Shown: positions 28,986-38,703 of the stretch, one piece after another
How positions within the stretch are numbered: position 1 is the stretch's first letter
Layout of the letters: each line of letters begins with the position of its first letter
Assembly: GCA_043754535.1 (NCBI GenBank)
Contig: JAYUUN010000028.1
Span: 1-53,358 of the forward strand
Source of the DNA: Chloroflexota bacterium
Lineage (GTDB): Bacteria; Chloroflexota; Chloroflexia; QHBQ01
Reading direction: 5' to 3'
Length of the DNA: 53,358 nucleotides
Notes under the pieces: generated by a model
Told to the model about the DNA's origin: nothing
The model's database searches: none
The model's input: the letters and a program-made list of their open reading frames with translations, nothing else
Position numbers and translations under genes: made by a program

Positions 28986-29675
28986 TTAGTTCTCGGCGAA
29001 GCGGCGGATCACGTAGAGCAGGCGCGCCTGCACGCGCACCTCGGCACTGGGGACGAAGATCGGTGTGTAGGCCGGGTTGGCGGGGGCCAAACGGACGGTT
29101 GCACCTTCGTGGTAGAAGTGCTTGAGGGTGACGGTGTTATCGTCCAGGCAGGCGACCACGATCTCGCCGTTGCTGGCGGTGTCACTCGGCTGCACGAGGA
29201 CGAAATCGCCATCGCCAATCCCAGCCCCGGTCATGCTGTTGCCGCGCACCTTGAGGATGTAAGCATCCGGGTGGTGCTGCAACATAGCGGCGGGGAGGTC
29301 GAGGCTGCCGCTCTCTGGGTTGGCCTGTATCGGAGGGCTGGCAGCGATCTCACCGATGATCGGCACACGCACTGCTGGCCGCTCCTCCTTGCGCTCAGTT
29401 TCGATCAGGCGCAGGGTGGGTGGTGGAGGCGGAGCGATCAGCACTTCGATGCTGCGGGCCGCATTGTCGGTGCGGCGGATGTAGCCTTTGCGCTGCAAGG
29501 CATCCAGGTGGTAGACGACGGTGCTGACCGAAGCCATCTTCAAACCCTCGGCGATCTCGCGGTAGGTCGGTGGGTAGCCCTTGTCGTAAGACCACTTGGC
29601 GATGTACTGCCAGACGGCCCTCTGCCGCTTCGGTAGATGTGCGCTTGCCATCAAGCCTGCCCTCTCACTTCTCAT
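28986..29675 (-). CDS. lexA: SOS repressor LexA
   Basis: GYPPTYREIA...SVSTVVYHL..L..KGYI wHTH; VRGNSM (catalytic Ser) and VTLKHF (catalytic Lys). Alternative ATG at 29651. Confidence 0.95.
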   Translation of the reverse strand: MRSERAGLMASAHLPKRQRAVWQYIAKWSYDKGYPPTYREIAEGLKMASVSTVVYHLDALQRKGYIRRTDNAARSIEVLIAPPPPPTLRLIETERKEERPAVRVPIIGEIAASPPIQANPESGSLDLPAAMLQHHPDAYILKVRGNSMTGAGIGDGDFVLVQPSDTASNGEIVVACLDDNTVTLKHFYHEGATVRLAPANPAYTPIFVPSAEVRVQARLLYVIRRFAEN

Positions 29676-29720
29676 GCCCGCTTAAGCGGGATGTACGCTG
29701 CTGTTCGCTACTGCCTTGCT

Positions 29721-29768
29721 AGAACATCTGTGCAAAACTATTGTACTCAGAACTGCCGTTCTTGTCAA
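29721..29768 (-). promoter_or_regulatory. lexA promoter with autoregulatory SOS boxes
   Basis: Minus strand TTGACA-17 bp-TACAAT. AGAAC-TGCC-GTTCT (29749-29762) lies in the spacer; an imperfect AGAACATCTGTGCA lies at 29721-29734. Confidence 0.85.
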
Positions 29769-29881
29769 TACCTTTTGGCCCCAATTTTGGCAAATCTGTT
29801 CTAATTCGCCAAGATCGCTGTTCTAACCCCATGGAAAGGCAGTTGCTGCCACGCCGCCACTGACTAGCTGCTACGAAACCT

Positions 29882-29937
29882 TTGACACTGCAACCATCTT
29901 CGGGTATACTTGCCCTAGCAACGGTTGATGGTGCAAG
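29882..29937 (+). promoter_or_regulatory. Promoter of the MarR gene with two candidate operator sites
   Basis: TTGACA-17 bp-TATACT (29882-29910). TTGA-N4-GCAA occurs at 29882 (TTGACACTGCAA) and 29925 (TTGATGGTGCAA). Confidence 0.6.
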
Positions 29938-29985
29938 CATTGTGTGAGCAAGGGTTGTAGCAGCAAAGAGTGAAAGGTGGCAGCA

Positions 29986-30606
29986 ATGGTGAAGCAACTA
30001 GTAATTGAAAATGAGGAGCCTGGGAGTGCTACCCCGCTGCCAGCAACAGGCGGTGGGCTGATGGGCTGGACGAGCGAGTGGGGGATGGACAACCTGGTGA
30101 CTGACATGGGCAGGGTGATGTACAGCTTCCATCGGGCGGCCCACGTTACTACTGGCCTAACTAGCGCGCAATGGCGGATGATCTCGATCCTGCTACGCCA
30201 CGAAGGGGTGGAGGACGGTGAGTTGGAGCAGGAACTGCACAGCAAACTGCAAGACGAAACCAGCTTTATGCAGAAGTTCAAGAGCGAGGCGCACCCCGGT
30301 CTCAGCCAGCGGCGCATCCAGGAGATGCTTGGTGTGGACGCAGCAGGGATCACGCGCACGGCCAAGCAGCTTGAGCAGGACGGCTGGATCAGGCGCGAAA
30401 GCGACCCGAATGACAACCGCTACACTGTGATCCGCCTGACCGAGCAAGGGCGCAAGCTGGGCGAGGAAATGCCGCAGCGGATGATAGCCATGTGGCAAAA
30501 GGCCAGCAGCGGGATTAGCCGCGCCCAGATGGAGCAGATGCGGGCTACCCTGCACCTGTTGGCAGACAACCTGGGCGCAATTGATGATACAGCTTGTGAA
30601 GAGTAG
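29986..30606 (+). CDS. MarR-family transcriptional regulator
   Basis: LTSAQWRMI and GLSQ...VDAAGITR..KQLEQDGWIRRESDPNDNR...LTEQG. Confidence 0.88.
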   Translation: MVKQLVIENEEPGSATPLPATGGGLMGWTSEWGMDNLVTDMGRVMYSFHRAAHVTTGLTSAQWRMISILLRHEGVEDGELEQELHSKLQDETSFMQKFKSEAHPGLSQRRIQEMLGVDAAGITRTAKQLEQDGWIRRESDPNDNRYTVIRLTEQGRKLGEEMPQRMIAMWQKASSGISRAQMEQMRATLHLLADNLGAIDDTACEE

Positions 30607-30705
30607 CTCTCCCCGCGGCTTTAGCAGAGCGGCCCTCGCACCCTCGCAGCTTGACACCTATGCGGTGTGGCGACTTACGTCCCTTCGCACCCACTATGTT
30701 ACGAA

Positions 30706-30770
30706 TGTGCAATCCATCACTAAAGTGCTATTTCCTGGTAGGTTGGCTGGTAAGGTTGCCCTGCTATAAT
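30706..30770 (+). promoter_or_regulatory. Possible CRP/FNR-type site plus extended -10 promoter
   Basis: TGTGC-N6-TCACT (8/10 match to TGTGA-N6-TCACA) about 62 bp upstream of the start predicted from TGcTATAAT. Confidence 0.4.
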
Positions 30771-30818
30771 GGTGATTGCCAGGAGAAGGTACAAGCCTGA
30801 GTACAAGGAGGGTACAAG

Positions 30819-32474
30819 GTGAACAATATATTGAGGCACAAGGTCAGCGGACTGCTGCTCGCGCCGCTACTGTTTGCGCTACTTGCTAATGGGCTGACTG
30901 GCCTAGCCAGTGGCGCACAGACCGCGCAGGCGCATAGCCAGATCGCTGCTGCGAGCGGGAACTCAGGCAACCAGGCAGACGCACGACCAAACGTCTGCCC
31001 TGATGTGATCGTGAACGGCAACTTCAGCAACAATCTTGTCGGGTGGGGGGTGTCCGCCTCTGGTGGCAGCACCGTCACCATCCAAAACGAGAGCGGCCAC
31101 GGCAACTTCGCTCGTATCAACGATGTCAACGCTAACATCACCCAACTTAGTCAAAACTTCACGGTACCGACTGGTGGTGCAACCCTCAGCCTCCACTATC
31201 GCCTCAGCACCTCCGCTGTAGCGGCCTCTTACGTGTTGCTGTACATCGGAGGCAGTCCCGCAATCCTCGGTTCGATCTACAACAGCAGTTGGACTAACGC
31301 CAGCTATGACCTATCATCCTATGCGGGGCAATCGGTGCAGGTGGTGTTCAACCTGCGGAGCAACACTGGCTCTAGTGCCAACCTGGACATAGATAACGTG
31401 AGTGTGATCGGCTGCAATCTAACTAGCACCAACACGCCTACCGCTAGTAGCACGCCGACCAACACCCCTACGCGCACTCCCACTAACACCCCCACTAACA
31501 CCGCGACCAACACCGCGACCAACACGCCCACGCCTACGCCAACCAGCACAGCGACCAACACCTCCACTAACACCGCGACCAACACGCCTATGCCAACCAG
31601 CACAGCGACCAACACGCCTACGCCGACCAGCACAGCGACTAACACCTCCACTAACACCGCAATCAACACGCCTACGCCGACCAGCACAGCGACCAGCACC
31701 CCTACCCTCACCAGCACAGCGACCAGCACTAGTACCGCCACCGCCATAGTCAGCACGCCTACTCTCACCAGCACAGCGACCAGCACTACTACCGCCACCG
31801 CTACTTTGAGCGCAACGGCAACCCTGACCGCTAGCACGCCGACCGTCACCCCTAGTCCCTGTGCGCCGATCAACTTCAGCGACGTGCTGACGAGCAACAT
31901 CTTTTACAGCGACATCCAGTTCCTCTCTTGCCGCGGGACCATCAGCGGCTTTCCCAATCCGAACCCGCCAGGTGGCTTCAGATTCGAGCCGAACAGCAAT
32001 ACCACTCGTGGTCAGTTCGCCAAGATCGCCGTTAACAGCTTCGCCCTACCCTCCTTCATCCCCCTCACGCCGACCTTTAGCGACGTGCCGAGCGGCAGTG
32101 TCTTCTATGCTTTCGTCGAGACGGCGGCTCACGCGGGGGCAGTCAACGGTCTCAACCAGGCAGACTGCGCAGCTATCCGCGCCACCTTCCCCTGCTACGG
32201 CCCCAATGTGGTCAACGTTACCCGCGCTCAGGTGGTGGTGATCGTGCAGCGGGTGCGCCAGTACGCCACCTACAACCCGTCCACCCCCACCTTCGCGGAC
32301 GTGCCAGCCAACGCCTTTGGCTACGCTGCCATCGAGACACTTGTACACCAGGGCATCATCAGCGGCGCAGCGTGCAGCACTGGCAGCAGCACACTCTGCT
32401 TCCGCGCCAACGACTTCATCAAGCGTGGTGAGCTAAGTAAGGTGATGCGCCGCGCCATCCTGACTCTCCCTTAG
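30819..32474 (+). CDS. Secreted S-layer homology (SLH) protein with a beta-sandwich domain and Thr/Pro-rich linker
   Basis: Signal peptide; NGNF domain start; T/P linker; three SLH-like repeats (FSDV...TRGQFAK, FSDVP..TRAQ, FADVP..KRGELSK). Confidence 0.85.
   Translation: MNNILRHKVSGLLLAPLLFALLANGLTGLASGAQTAQAHSQIAAASGNSGNQADARPNVCPDVIVNGNFSNNLVGWGVSASGGSTVTIQNESGHGNFARINDVNANITQLSQNFTVPTGGATLSLHYRLSTSAVAASYVLLYIGGSPAILGSIYNSSWTNASYDLSSYAGQSVQVVFNLRSNTGSSANLDIDNVSVIGCNLTSTNTPTASSTPTNTPTRTPTNTPTNTATNTATNTPTPTPTSTATNTSTNTATNTPMPTSTATNTPTPTSTATNTSTNTAINTPTPTSTATSTPTLTSTATSTSTATAIVSTPTLTSTATSTTTATATLSATATLTASTPTVTPSPCAPINFSDVLTSNIFYSDIQFLSCRGTISGFPNPNPPGGFRFEPNSNTTRGQFAKIAVNSFALPSFIPLTPTFSDVPSGSVFYAFVETAAHAGAVNGLNQADCAAIRATFPCYGPNVVNVTRAQVVVIVQRVRQYATYNPSTPTFADVPANAFGYAAIETLVHQGIISGAACSTGSSTLCFRANDFIKRGELSKVMRRAILTLP
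31425..31860 (+). repeat. Coding imperfect tandem repeats (TNTP/TSTA units)
   Basis: Recurring ACCAACACGCC and ACCAGCACAGCG units. Confidence 0.85.
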
Positions 32475-32651
32475 CACTTTCGCAAAGAGAGCAGTAGCTA
32501 GGGATCGCAGGGCTGGGGCGTAACAAGTTACTCCCCACCTCAACTCAGCAAGCAACAGCCAGCGCAGCAAGTTACGCCCTCACAAACAGGCGAGAATTGC
32601 TGGTCGTAGCGTTCAGGTACTATTTAGGCAACAGAAAGGGTACATAGAGTA

Positions 32652-34418
32652 ATGGCAACTGAAGTAGTTGAGAAACCAAAAGCGGAGATCAAGAACGAGG
32701 AGCCGCAGCTAAATGAGAACCGCCTGAGTGGGCGACCGCTCTACCTGGCGATTGGTGGCATCCTGCTCACCATGCTGATCTCTGCGCTCGACCAAACCAT
32801 CGTTGGCACCGCCATGCCACGGATCATCACCGAGCTAAAGGGCTTCGAACTGATCTCCTGGGTGACAACCGCTTACCTACTCACCTCGACGGCAGGCATC
32901 CCAATCTTCGGCAAGCTATCAGACATCTTTGGCCGCAAATACATCCTGATGGGTGGGATCGCCCTGTTCGTCCTCGGCTCGATCTTCTGTGGGGTAGCCC
33001 AAGACATCAACCAGCTAATCTACGCCCGTGCCTTCCAGGGCATCGGGGCAGGGGCAACCCAGGCCGTCACCTTCACAATCATCGGCGACATCTTCACCCC
33101 GGCAGAGCGGGCCAAGTGGCAGGGTATCTTCTTCTCTGTCTTCGGCCTCGCCAGCGTGATCGGGCCAAGCGCCGGCGGCTGGATCGCCGACAACCCTGGC
33201 TGGCGGTGGGCCTTCTACGTCAACATCCCGCTTGAACTGCTGGCAATCGTCGTTCTTTACTTCGTGCTGCCAGTCAACATCGGGCGCACCTACCAGGAGG
33301 GTTCGGTTCGCAGCAAGCTGGGGCGGATCGACTTCCTGGGCGCGGCCCTCTCGCTCGTCTTCATCGTCCCCCTGCTACTAGCTCTGGTTTGGGGTGGGCA
33401 GACCTACCCCTGGGGTTCATGGCAGGTGATCGGGGCGGTCGGCCTGGCAGCGGTCGGCCTGGCTGCCTTCATCTGGGCAGAGGCGCGGGCGAAGGAACCG
33501 ATCATGCCGCTTGACCTGTTCAAGAACAAGGTGTTCAGTGTTGCAGCCTTGCTGACCCTGTTCAGTGCAGCCGCCCTGTTCGCAGTGATCCTCTATAGCC
33601 CCTGGTTTGTGCAAGGGGTGATCGGCAAGAGCGCAACCAGCAGCGGCGCAATCCTCACCCCGCTGATGCTGATGCTCGTCTTTGGCGGCATCGTAGTAGG
33701 CCAGATCGTGGCCCGCATCGGCAGGTACAAGGTGTTCGCCGTAGCCGGTACCATCGTCCTCACCTTCGGCGTGTACCTGCTCAGCGGCATGGGAGTGGGT
33801 ACGGATGAGGGAACGGTCGTCCGCAACATCCTGATCGTTGGCCTCGGTTTCGGTATGTTCTCGCCCATCGTCAACCTGGCGGCGCAGAACTCGCTGCCCA
33901 TGCAGCGGCTGGGTAGCGGCACGGCCACCATCTCCTTCCTTCGCAGTATCGGCTCGACCCTCGGCGCAGCAGTGGTTGGTACCCTCGTGACCAGCACCTT
34001 CAGCAACGAACTACACGCCAAAATCAGCGACAGCACGATCAGCACTGTTACGCAGGCGGTGGAGAGGTTCGGCCCGTCGCAGGGCTTGACCCCGCAGGCG
34101 GCTACCCAGTTTGCCGAAAACATCTTCAGTGTGCGTTCGCTAACTGACCAGACCTTTCATGCTGCCAGCCAGCTTGCCCTCACGCGCATCGTTGGGGCGG
34201 AGCAAGCAAACAGCATCTTGGGCAACCTTGCCTTCGCCTTGCAACAAGCGTTGCACAACGCCTACATCGCTGGGGTGGTCATCAGCGGGCTGCTGATCGT
34301 CCTCGCCATCGTGCTGAAGGAAGTCCCCTTGCGGGCCAGCCCCAAACGCGAGCGGGCTGTCCAGAACCAGAACAACGAGTCGCTCGCGCCCGCCCCGCCA
34401 ATGGAGCCGGTGATCTAG
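32652..34418 (+). CDS. DHA2 (EmrB/QacA) family MFS efflux transporter
   Basis: LDQTIVGTAMP, WVTTAYLL, GKLSDIFGRK, WRWAFYVNIP and EPIMPLDLFKN. Confidence 0.93.
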   Translation: MATEVVEKPKAEIKNEEPQLNENRLSGRPLYLAIGGILLTMLISALDQTIVGTAMPRIITELKGFELISWVTTAYLLTSTAGIPIFGKLSDIFGRKYILMGGIALFVLGSIFCGVAQDINQLIYARAFQGIGAGATQAVTFTIIGDIFTPAERAKWQGIFFSVFGLASVIGPSAGGWIADNPGWRWAFYVNIPLELLAIVVLYFVLPVNIGRTYQEGSVRSKLGRIDFLGAALSLVFIVPLLLALVWGGQTYPWGSWQVIGAVGLAAVGLAAFIWAEARAKEPIMPLDLFKNKVFSVAALLTLFSAAALFAVILYSPWFVQGVIGKSATSSGAILTPLMLMLVFGGIVVGQIVARIGRYKVFAVAGTIVLTFGVYLLSGMGVGTDEGTVVRNILIVGLGFGMFSPIVNLAAQNSLPMQRLGSGTATISFLRSIGSTLGAAVVGTLVTSTFSNELHAKISDSTISTVTQAVERFGPSQGLTPQAATQFAENIFSVRSLTDQTFHAASQLALTRIVGAEQANSILGNLAFALQQALHNAYIAGVVISGLLIVLAIVLKEVPLRASPKRERAVQNQNNESLAPAPPMEPVI

Positions 34419-34489
34419 CAGCCACCCACCGCCAACCCTCCTCTCTGCGGGGAGGGTGCGGGGGAGCCAAAACTCGTGGCTAGCGAGCC

Positions 34490-34518
34490 TTGACTCTGCG
34501 CGCAGGTTGTGGTATCAT
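34490..34518 (+). promoter_or_regulatory. tRNA-Asp promoter
   Basis: TTGACT-17 bp-TATCAT. Confidence 0.75.
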
Positions 34519-34545
34519 AAGTCTGCGCGAGAGATCGAGCAATGT

Positions 34546-34622
34546 GGAGGTGTGGTGTAGCGGCCCAACATGCATCCCTGTCAAGGATGAGACCGCGGGT
34601 TCGAATCCCGTCACTTCCGCCA
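34546..34622 (+). tRNA. tRNA-Asp (GTC)
   Basis: Acceptor GGAGGTG/CACTTCC; anticodon arm CATCC-CTGTCAA-GGATG; GGTTCGAATCC; encoded CCA. Confidence 0.97.
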
Positions 34623-34624
34623 AA

Positions 34625-34665
34625 ATGAGAGAGGTCAGGCTAACTGCCTGGCCTCTTTTCTCATG
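34625..34665. terminator. Terminator hairpin after tRNA-Asp (likely bidirectional)
   Basis: AGAGGTCAGGC-TAACT-GCCTGGCCTCT followed by TTT. Confidence 0.7.
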
Positions 34666-34696
34666 CTGCATAAGAGCAAGCAAAAAGCCCCTTCTG

Positions 34697-34936
34697 TCAC
34701 CAGAGGAGGCTTCTGCCCGCCACAGATAACTGGCCGCGCCTGCGAGTGAGAGTGGGCAGCAAGGCAAGAGCCAGCCCGAAGACGATCATGGCTAGGCCAA
34801 TCCAAATCCAGGTGGGATTGTTGTTCATGAAGCTAGGCAGGGCAGTGAAGATACCCGTCCCTTGCAAGAAGAAGACCAGGCCAGAGAGAGCCAGTAGGCC
34901 GCCGATGATCTGTTGAACCCGATTTGCCGTAGACAC
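34697..34936 (-). CDS. Small two-TM hypothetical protein
   Basis: GTG 34936 after AAAGGAG; GLVFFLQGTG...SFM...W.WIG pattern. Confidence 0.7.
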   Translation of the reverse strand: MSTANRVQQIIGGLLALSGLVFFLQGTGIFTALPSFMNNNPTWIWIGLAMIVFGLALALLPTLTRRRGQLSVAGRSLLW

Positions 34937-34976
34937 AGTTTGCTCCTTTGTGCTTGCCAACATTGGTTTCGTCGCC

Positions 34977-35444
34977 TCAGCGGTCGTGCATCTCGCGTTC
35001 GGCTTCGCGCTTTTGGTCGCGCTCGGCCAGTGCATCGCGCTTGTCGTAGGTGTGCTTGCCCTTCGCCACCGCTAGTTCGAGCTTGGCCCGCCCATTCTTG
35101 AGGTAGAGGCGGGTAGGGACAAGGGTCAGCCCCTTCTGCTCGGACTTGATGCGTAGGCGCACGATCTCGTCCTTGTGCAGCAGCAGCTTGCGCGGGCGCA
35201 GCGGGTCGTGCTGGAAGTAAACGCCAGCCTGCTCGTAGGGAGAGATGTGCATCCCGATCAGCCAGACCTCGTTGTTCTCCAGGCGGGCATAGCTGTCGCG
35301 CAGGTTGACCTTGCCCGCCCGCAGCGACTTGATCTCGGTGCCACTGAGGACGAGGCCTGCCTCGTAACTCTCCTCTATAAAGTAGTCGTGAAACGCCTTG
35401 CGGTTGGAGGAGATCAACTTCTCGCCCGCTCTATCATCGGCCAT
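34977..35444 (-). CDS. smpB: SsrA-binding protein
   Basis: [30 protein letters not shown] and GKHTYDKR. Confidence 0.97.
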   Translation of the reverse strand: MADDRAGEKLISSNRKAFHDYFIEESYEAGLVLSGTEIKSLRAGKVNLRDSYARLENNEVWLIGMHISPYEQAGVYFQHDPLRPRKLLLHKDEIVRLRIKSEQKGLTLVPTRLYLKNGRAKLELAVAKGKHTYDKRDALAERDQKREAEREMHDR

Positions 35445-35542
35445 CGTCTTGTCCTATCTTCAGCCCTTACACCAGAGTCTCTAGTGCTAGCGAGCTATGC
35501 AGCAATCATACCAACAACCCACCCGCTTGGGCAAGCCCCAAT

Positions 35543-36373
35543 CTACAGCGCAAGGAGCATCTCGTGCTGCGTGCTGACATCCTGGAAGCCCAGGGCGCGG
35601 CAGGCTTGCAGCACATTGCGGTCAGCGGGCAGGTCGGTTAGCTCGATCTCGGCCCACTCACCACCAACGTGCTGGATCAGCAAAGCTAGATCGTTGGCAC
35701 TAAGCGGGTCGATCAGGGCGGCAGCGTAGACGGTTACTTGCTGCGCCCGCCTGCGGTAGATGATCGCGGCAGTCGCGCCACCGGGCCGCATTGCCACCAG
35801 ACCCTCACCGCCTATCGCCACCAGGCTGCTACGCTCGCGGTACCAGATTGGCTGGCGGCCTGTCAGCAGCCAGTCGTGCAGCTTCTCCGACTCGGCGGGC
35901 GTGACCTTCGCGGTAGTCACGTGCTGCGCCAATGCAGCCAACTCAATAGCTAGCTCGATGTGGCCGTATCGGCGGACGAAGCCAACCCCTGCATACAGCC
36001 GCAGCGCGCGCTCGTTCTGGGTCAGCACTTCCAGTTGCAGGCTGGTCAGGCCAGCCTCGCGAGCCACCGCAAGCTGGCGGTCAAGCAGCAGCTTACCCGC
36101 ACCCAGGCCGCGAAACTCTGGCACCAGGGCAAAGCCGCCAAGCCAGCCCCGCTTGCCACGCACCCCCAGTCTGCTGAGGCCGACGAACTGGCCGTCGGCG
36201 GTGTGCATCGCCAGCGAGTGGGTCAAATCCAGGCTGCTGATCCGCATAAAGCTAGCCTCAGTGCTTGCATCACCCCTAACTGGCACATAGTAGTTGGCAA
36301 AGCTGCGGTTGTGCAGGGCGGCGACCTCGGCCATGTTGTAAGCGAGCAGGTCGCTAAAGGTGTATTCGCTCAT
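35543..36373 (-). CDS. GNAT acetyltransferase
   Basis: PEFRGLGAG acetyl-CoA motif and LEVLTQNERALRLY. ATG lies 6 nt after TATACT (probably leaderless). Confidence 0.88.
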   Translation of the reverse strand: MSEYTFSDLLAYNMAEVAALHNRSFANYYVPVRGDASTEASFMRISSLDLTHSLAMHTADGQFVGLSRLGVRGKRGWLGGFALVPEFRGLGAGKLLLDRQLAVAREAGLTSLQLEVLTQNERALRLYAGVGFVRRYGHIELAIELAALAQHVTTAKVTPAESEKLHDWLLTGRQPIWYRERSSLVAIGGEGLVAMRPGGATAAIIYRRRAQQVTVYAAALIDPLSANDLALLIQHVGGEWAEIELTDLPADRNVLQACRALGFQDVSTQHEMLLAL

Positions 36374-36402
36374 GCCGCTAGTATAGCAGGTTGTGGGCTG
36401 GC

Positions 36403-37548
36403 TTACTCGCAGGGAGGTGGGGGCAGAGCCTGGCTGATCGGGGCGAAGGGGGCGACGGATAGGCTGTCGCGGAAGGTGGTGATGGCGGGCTTGGCAGTGT
36501 CGTCGCTGCGGTAGAGACCGTAATGCCCCTCGCTGTTGGCGGCATGATTGGGGAAGTCGTGGAGCGTCCAGCCTAGCAGGCCCACCCCCTCAGCTGCGTC
36601 CGGCAGGGTGTTGGCGTAGAAGGCGCGCTCGGCCTCCTCACTGCCTGCACCTTCACCCGCACTGGACTGACCAGCCTCCTCCACCAGCAGCGGCTTGTCT
36701 GTCCAACTGCGCAGTTCGAGCAGCACGTCGCGCAGGCTGCGCCCTGGGTAGTTGCGACTGTAGTAGTGGAAGGAGATGAAATCCACCAGCCTGGTCAGCC
36801 TGCCTTCGGCCACTGGCACGGCGGCTGCCAATGCCAGACCGACGGTCAGCGGATGGTTGCCGTCCAACGCCCGCACCTGGGCCGCGATGCGGGTCAGCCA
36901 ATCCAGCCGATTGCTGGCGTGATCCAGCCAGAGCCACTCCCGTTCGCTCACCACGTCTGGCTCGTTGGACAAATCCCAGCCGAGGATGCGGGGGTCGCCT
37001 GCGAAGGGGGCAACGACCGCCTTCAAGTAAGCACGCTCGTCGTTGGCTGCCAGATCGTCTGCGCCGGGCCAGGCATCCCAGCCGGGCGCGGGGTATTTGC
37101 GGTAGCCGTCAAAGAGGGTGACTAGCAGGCGCATCCCCTGTGTGTCGGCGATCCGCAGCACGGTGTCCATTTTGGCTGCGCTGTAGTCGCCCTGCTGCCA
37201 GTCGCCGAGGGTGACGAAGACGCGGGCGGTGTTGCTGCCAAGGTCGGCCATGCGCTGGAAGTCGCCGCGAATGGCCTGCTCATCCCACTCGCGCCAGGTG
37301 GCCCACGCATGGTCGCCCGGATAGTAGTTCAGCCCCTTGAGGGTGACACTGTGGATATCAGCCCCAACGACCAGGCGGCTACCCTCTACCCGCACGAAGT
37401 CTACTGCACTAACCTTCATCTCCGCAGCGGCGTAGTTGTAGCCACGAGCGGGCTGGCAGTCGTTGCGGGCTAGCCGCTCAACCAGACCCCAACCGACCGA
37501 TAGCAGAACCAGGCAGGCGATCATGGTCAGGGCGCGCAGAGTTCGCAT
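36403..37548 (-). CDS. GH5-like glycoside hydrolase (clan GH-A), exported
   Basis: Signal/TM; GLNYYP, NTARVF, WDLSNEP, SFHYY and VEEAG. Confidence 0.82.
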   Translation of the reverse strand: MRTLRALTMIACLVLLSVGWGLVERLARNDCQPARGYNYAAAEMKVSAVDFVRVEGSRLVVGADIHSVTLKGLNYYPGDHAWATWREWDEQAIRGDFQRMADLGSNTARVFVTLGDWQQGDYSAAKMDTVLRIADTQGMRLLVTLFDGYRKYPAPGWDAWPGADDLAANDERAYLKAVVAPFAGDPRILGWDLSNEPDVVSEREWLWLDHASNRLDWLTRIAAQVRALDGNHPLTVGLALAAAVPVAEGRLTRLVDFISFHYYSRNYPGRSLRDVLLELRSWTDKPLLVEEAGQSSAGEGAGSEEAERAFYANTLPDAAEGVGLLGWTLHDFPNHAANSEGHYGLYRSDDTAKPAITTFRDSLSVAPFAPISQALPPPPCE

Positions 37549-38542
37549 CCACTAGCTCCTTTGCTTTGCGCTCCCGCCCAGCAAAGAGCAGGTAGCTATA
37601 GAGGACGATGCCAGTAAACAGGCCAAACAGGTAGTGGTAGGGCGGAGGGATGCTGTATGCGGGTGAGAAGAAGCCTTCAATAGTTCCCGCGATCACCAGC
37701 AGCACCGCGCCGCCGATTACCAGCTTGCCTGCCTGCGGGGCGACCAGCGATAGAGCCTCGGTGCGGCTGCGTTGGCCGGGGCGGAGCAGGGCGTTGCCCA
37801 TCATCAAGCCCACCCCACCGGCCAGGAAGATCACCGAAAGCTCGATCACCCCATGCCCGCTGACGAAACTGAGCAGTGGGGTCAGCATCCCATAGCGGGC
37901 GGCCAGGCCACAGATCGCCCCGAAGCTGATGCCGTTGAAGATCGCCACGTATAGGGTGAGCAGGCCGAAGGTCATCCCCCCGGCCAGGGCGACGACGATC
38001 ACCCGGATATTGTTGGTGATGATTTCGGCGGCGGCTTCGGGACGGGCAGCGAAGGGTATCTTGGTCCAGATTTCGTGCTGGCGGAAGTTCTCGATCACCC
38101 CATAAGCCTGGGTCGGGCCGAGCATCGTCACCGCTGTCTGCTCATCTACGAAGGCGGTCAGGCAGAAGGCGATTGCGCCGGGGATGAAGAACAACAGGAA
38201 GGAGAGCAAGGTGAAGCCGAAGGTCTGGCGGTAGAGGCGGGGGAAGCCAGTGGTGATGAAGCGTAGCAGCCGCTTGCCATCGAAGGCTTCGCGGTAGTAG
38301 ACTACCGCATGGGCCTGGGCAACGAGGCGGTTGAGGTAGGCAGCTAGCGGGTCATGGGGGTAGTCGCGGCGGGCTATCGCGAGGTCAGCGGTGGCGTGGC
38401 GGTAGAGTTGGTTGAGCCGCTCTAGTTGGGGCGCGTTGAGCAGACGCATATTGCCGCCGCGCACGCTGTGCAGTAGGCTCTCCAACTCGCCCCACTGCCC
38501 CTGCCTGCTGCTAATGAACTGTTCGACCGACTGACCGGGCAT
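37478..38542 (-). CDS. SpoIIM/DUF95-family membrane protein
   Basis: LYRHATADLAIAR, IITNNIRV, HGVIEL and AGTIEGFFS. Confidence 0.85.
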   Translation of the reverse strand: MPGQSVEQFISSRQGQWGELESLLHSVRGGNMRLLNAPQLERLNQLYRHATADLAIARRDYPHDPLAAYLNRLVAQAHAVVYYREAFDGKRLLRFITTGFPRLYRQTFGFTLLSFLLFFIPGAIAFCLTAFVDEQTAVTMLGPTQAYGVIENFRQHEIWTKIPFAARPEAAAEIITNNIRVIVVALAGGMTFGLLTLYVAIFNGISFGAICGLAARYGMLTPLLSFVSGHGVIELSVIFLAGGVGLMMGNALLRPGQRSRTEALSLVAPQAGKLVIGGAVLLVIAGTIEGFFSPAYSIPPPYHYLFGLFTGIVLYSYLLFAGRERKAKELVDANSARPDHDRLPGSAIGRLGSG

Positions 38543-38703
38543 CTGCCACCCTCCTGATCGTTTTCTCCTGGCCTACTTATGTTATATAATAGTTGTAGGT
38601 CGCGTTTTTGTCAACGGCTAGAGCCGGGGCTACTGCAAGATTGTCCTTGTAGGCAGGGGACAAAAGCAACGGCTAGAGCTAGCCACAGAGAGAGGTAGCC
38701 AGC

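Noticed and set aside
31425..31860. Regularly spaced repeats here and at 20705-20995 as CRISPR arrays
   Set aside because: They are in-frame coding repeats without unique spacers, and there are no cas genes.
32515..32580. Inverted repeats GGGCGTAAC/GTTACGCCC as MITE ends or an operator
   Set aside because: Single occurrence with no target-site duplication; cannot be told apart from an ordinary hairpin.
34930..35540. tmRNA (ssrA) next to smpB
   Set aside because: No tRNA-Ala-like ends, and no room for a ~350-nt RNA.
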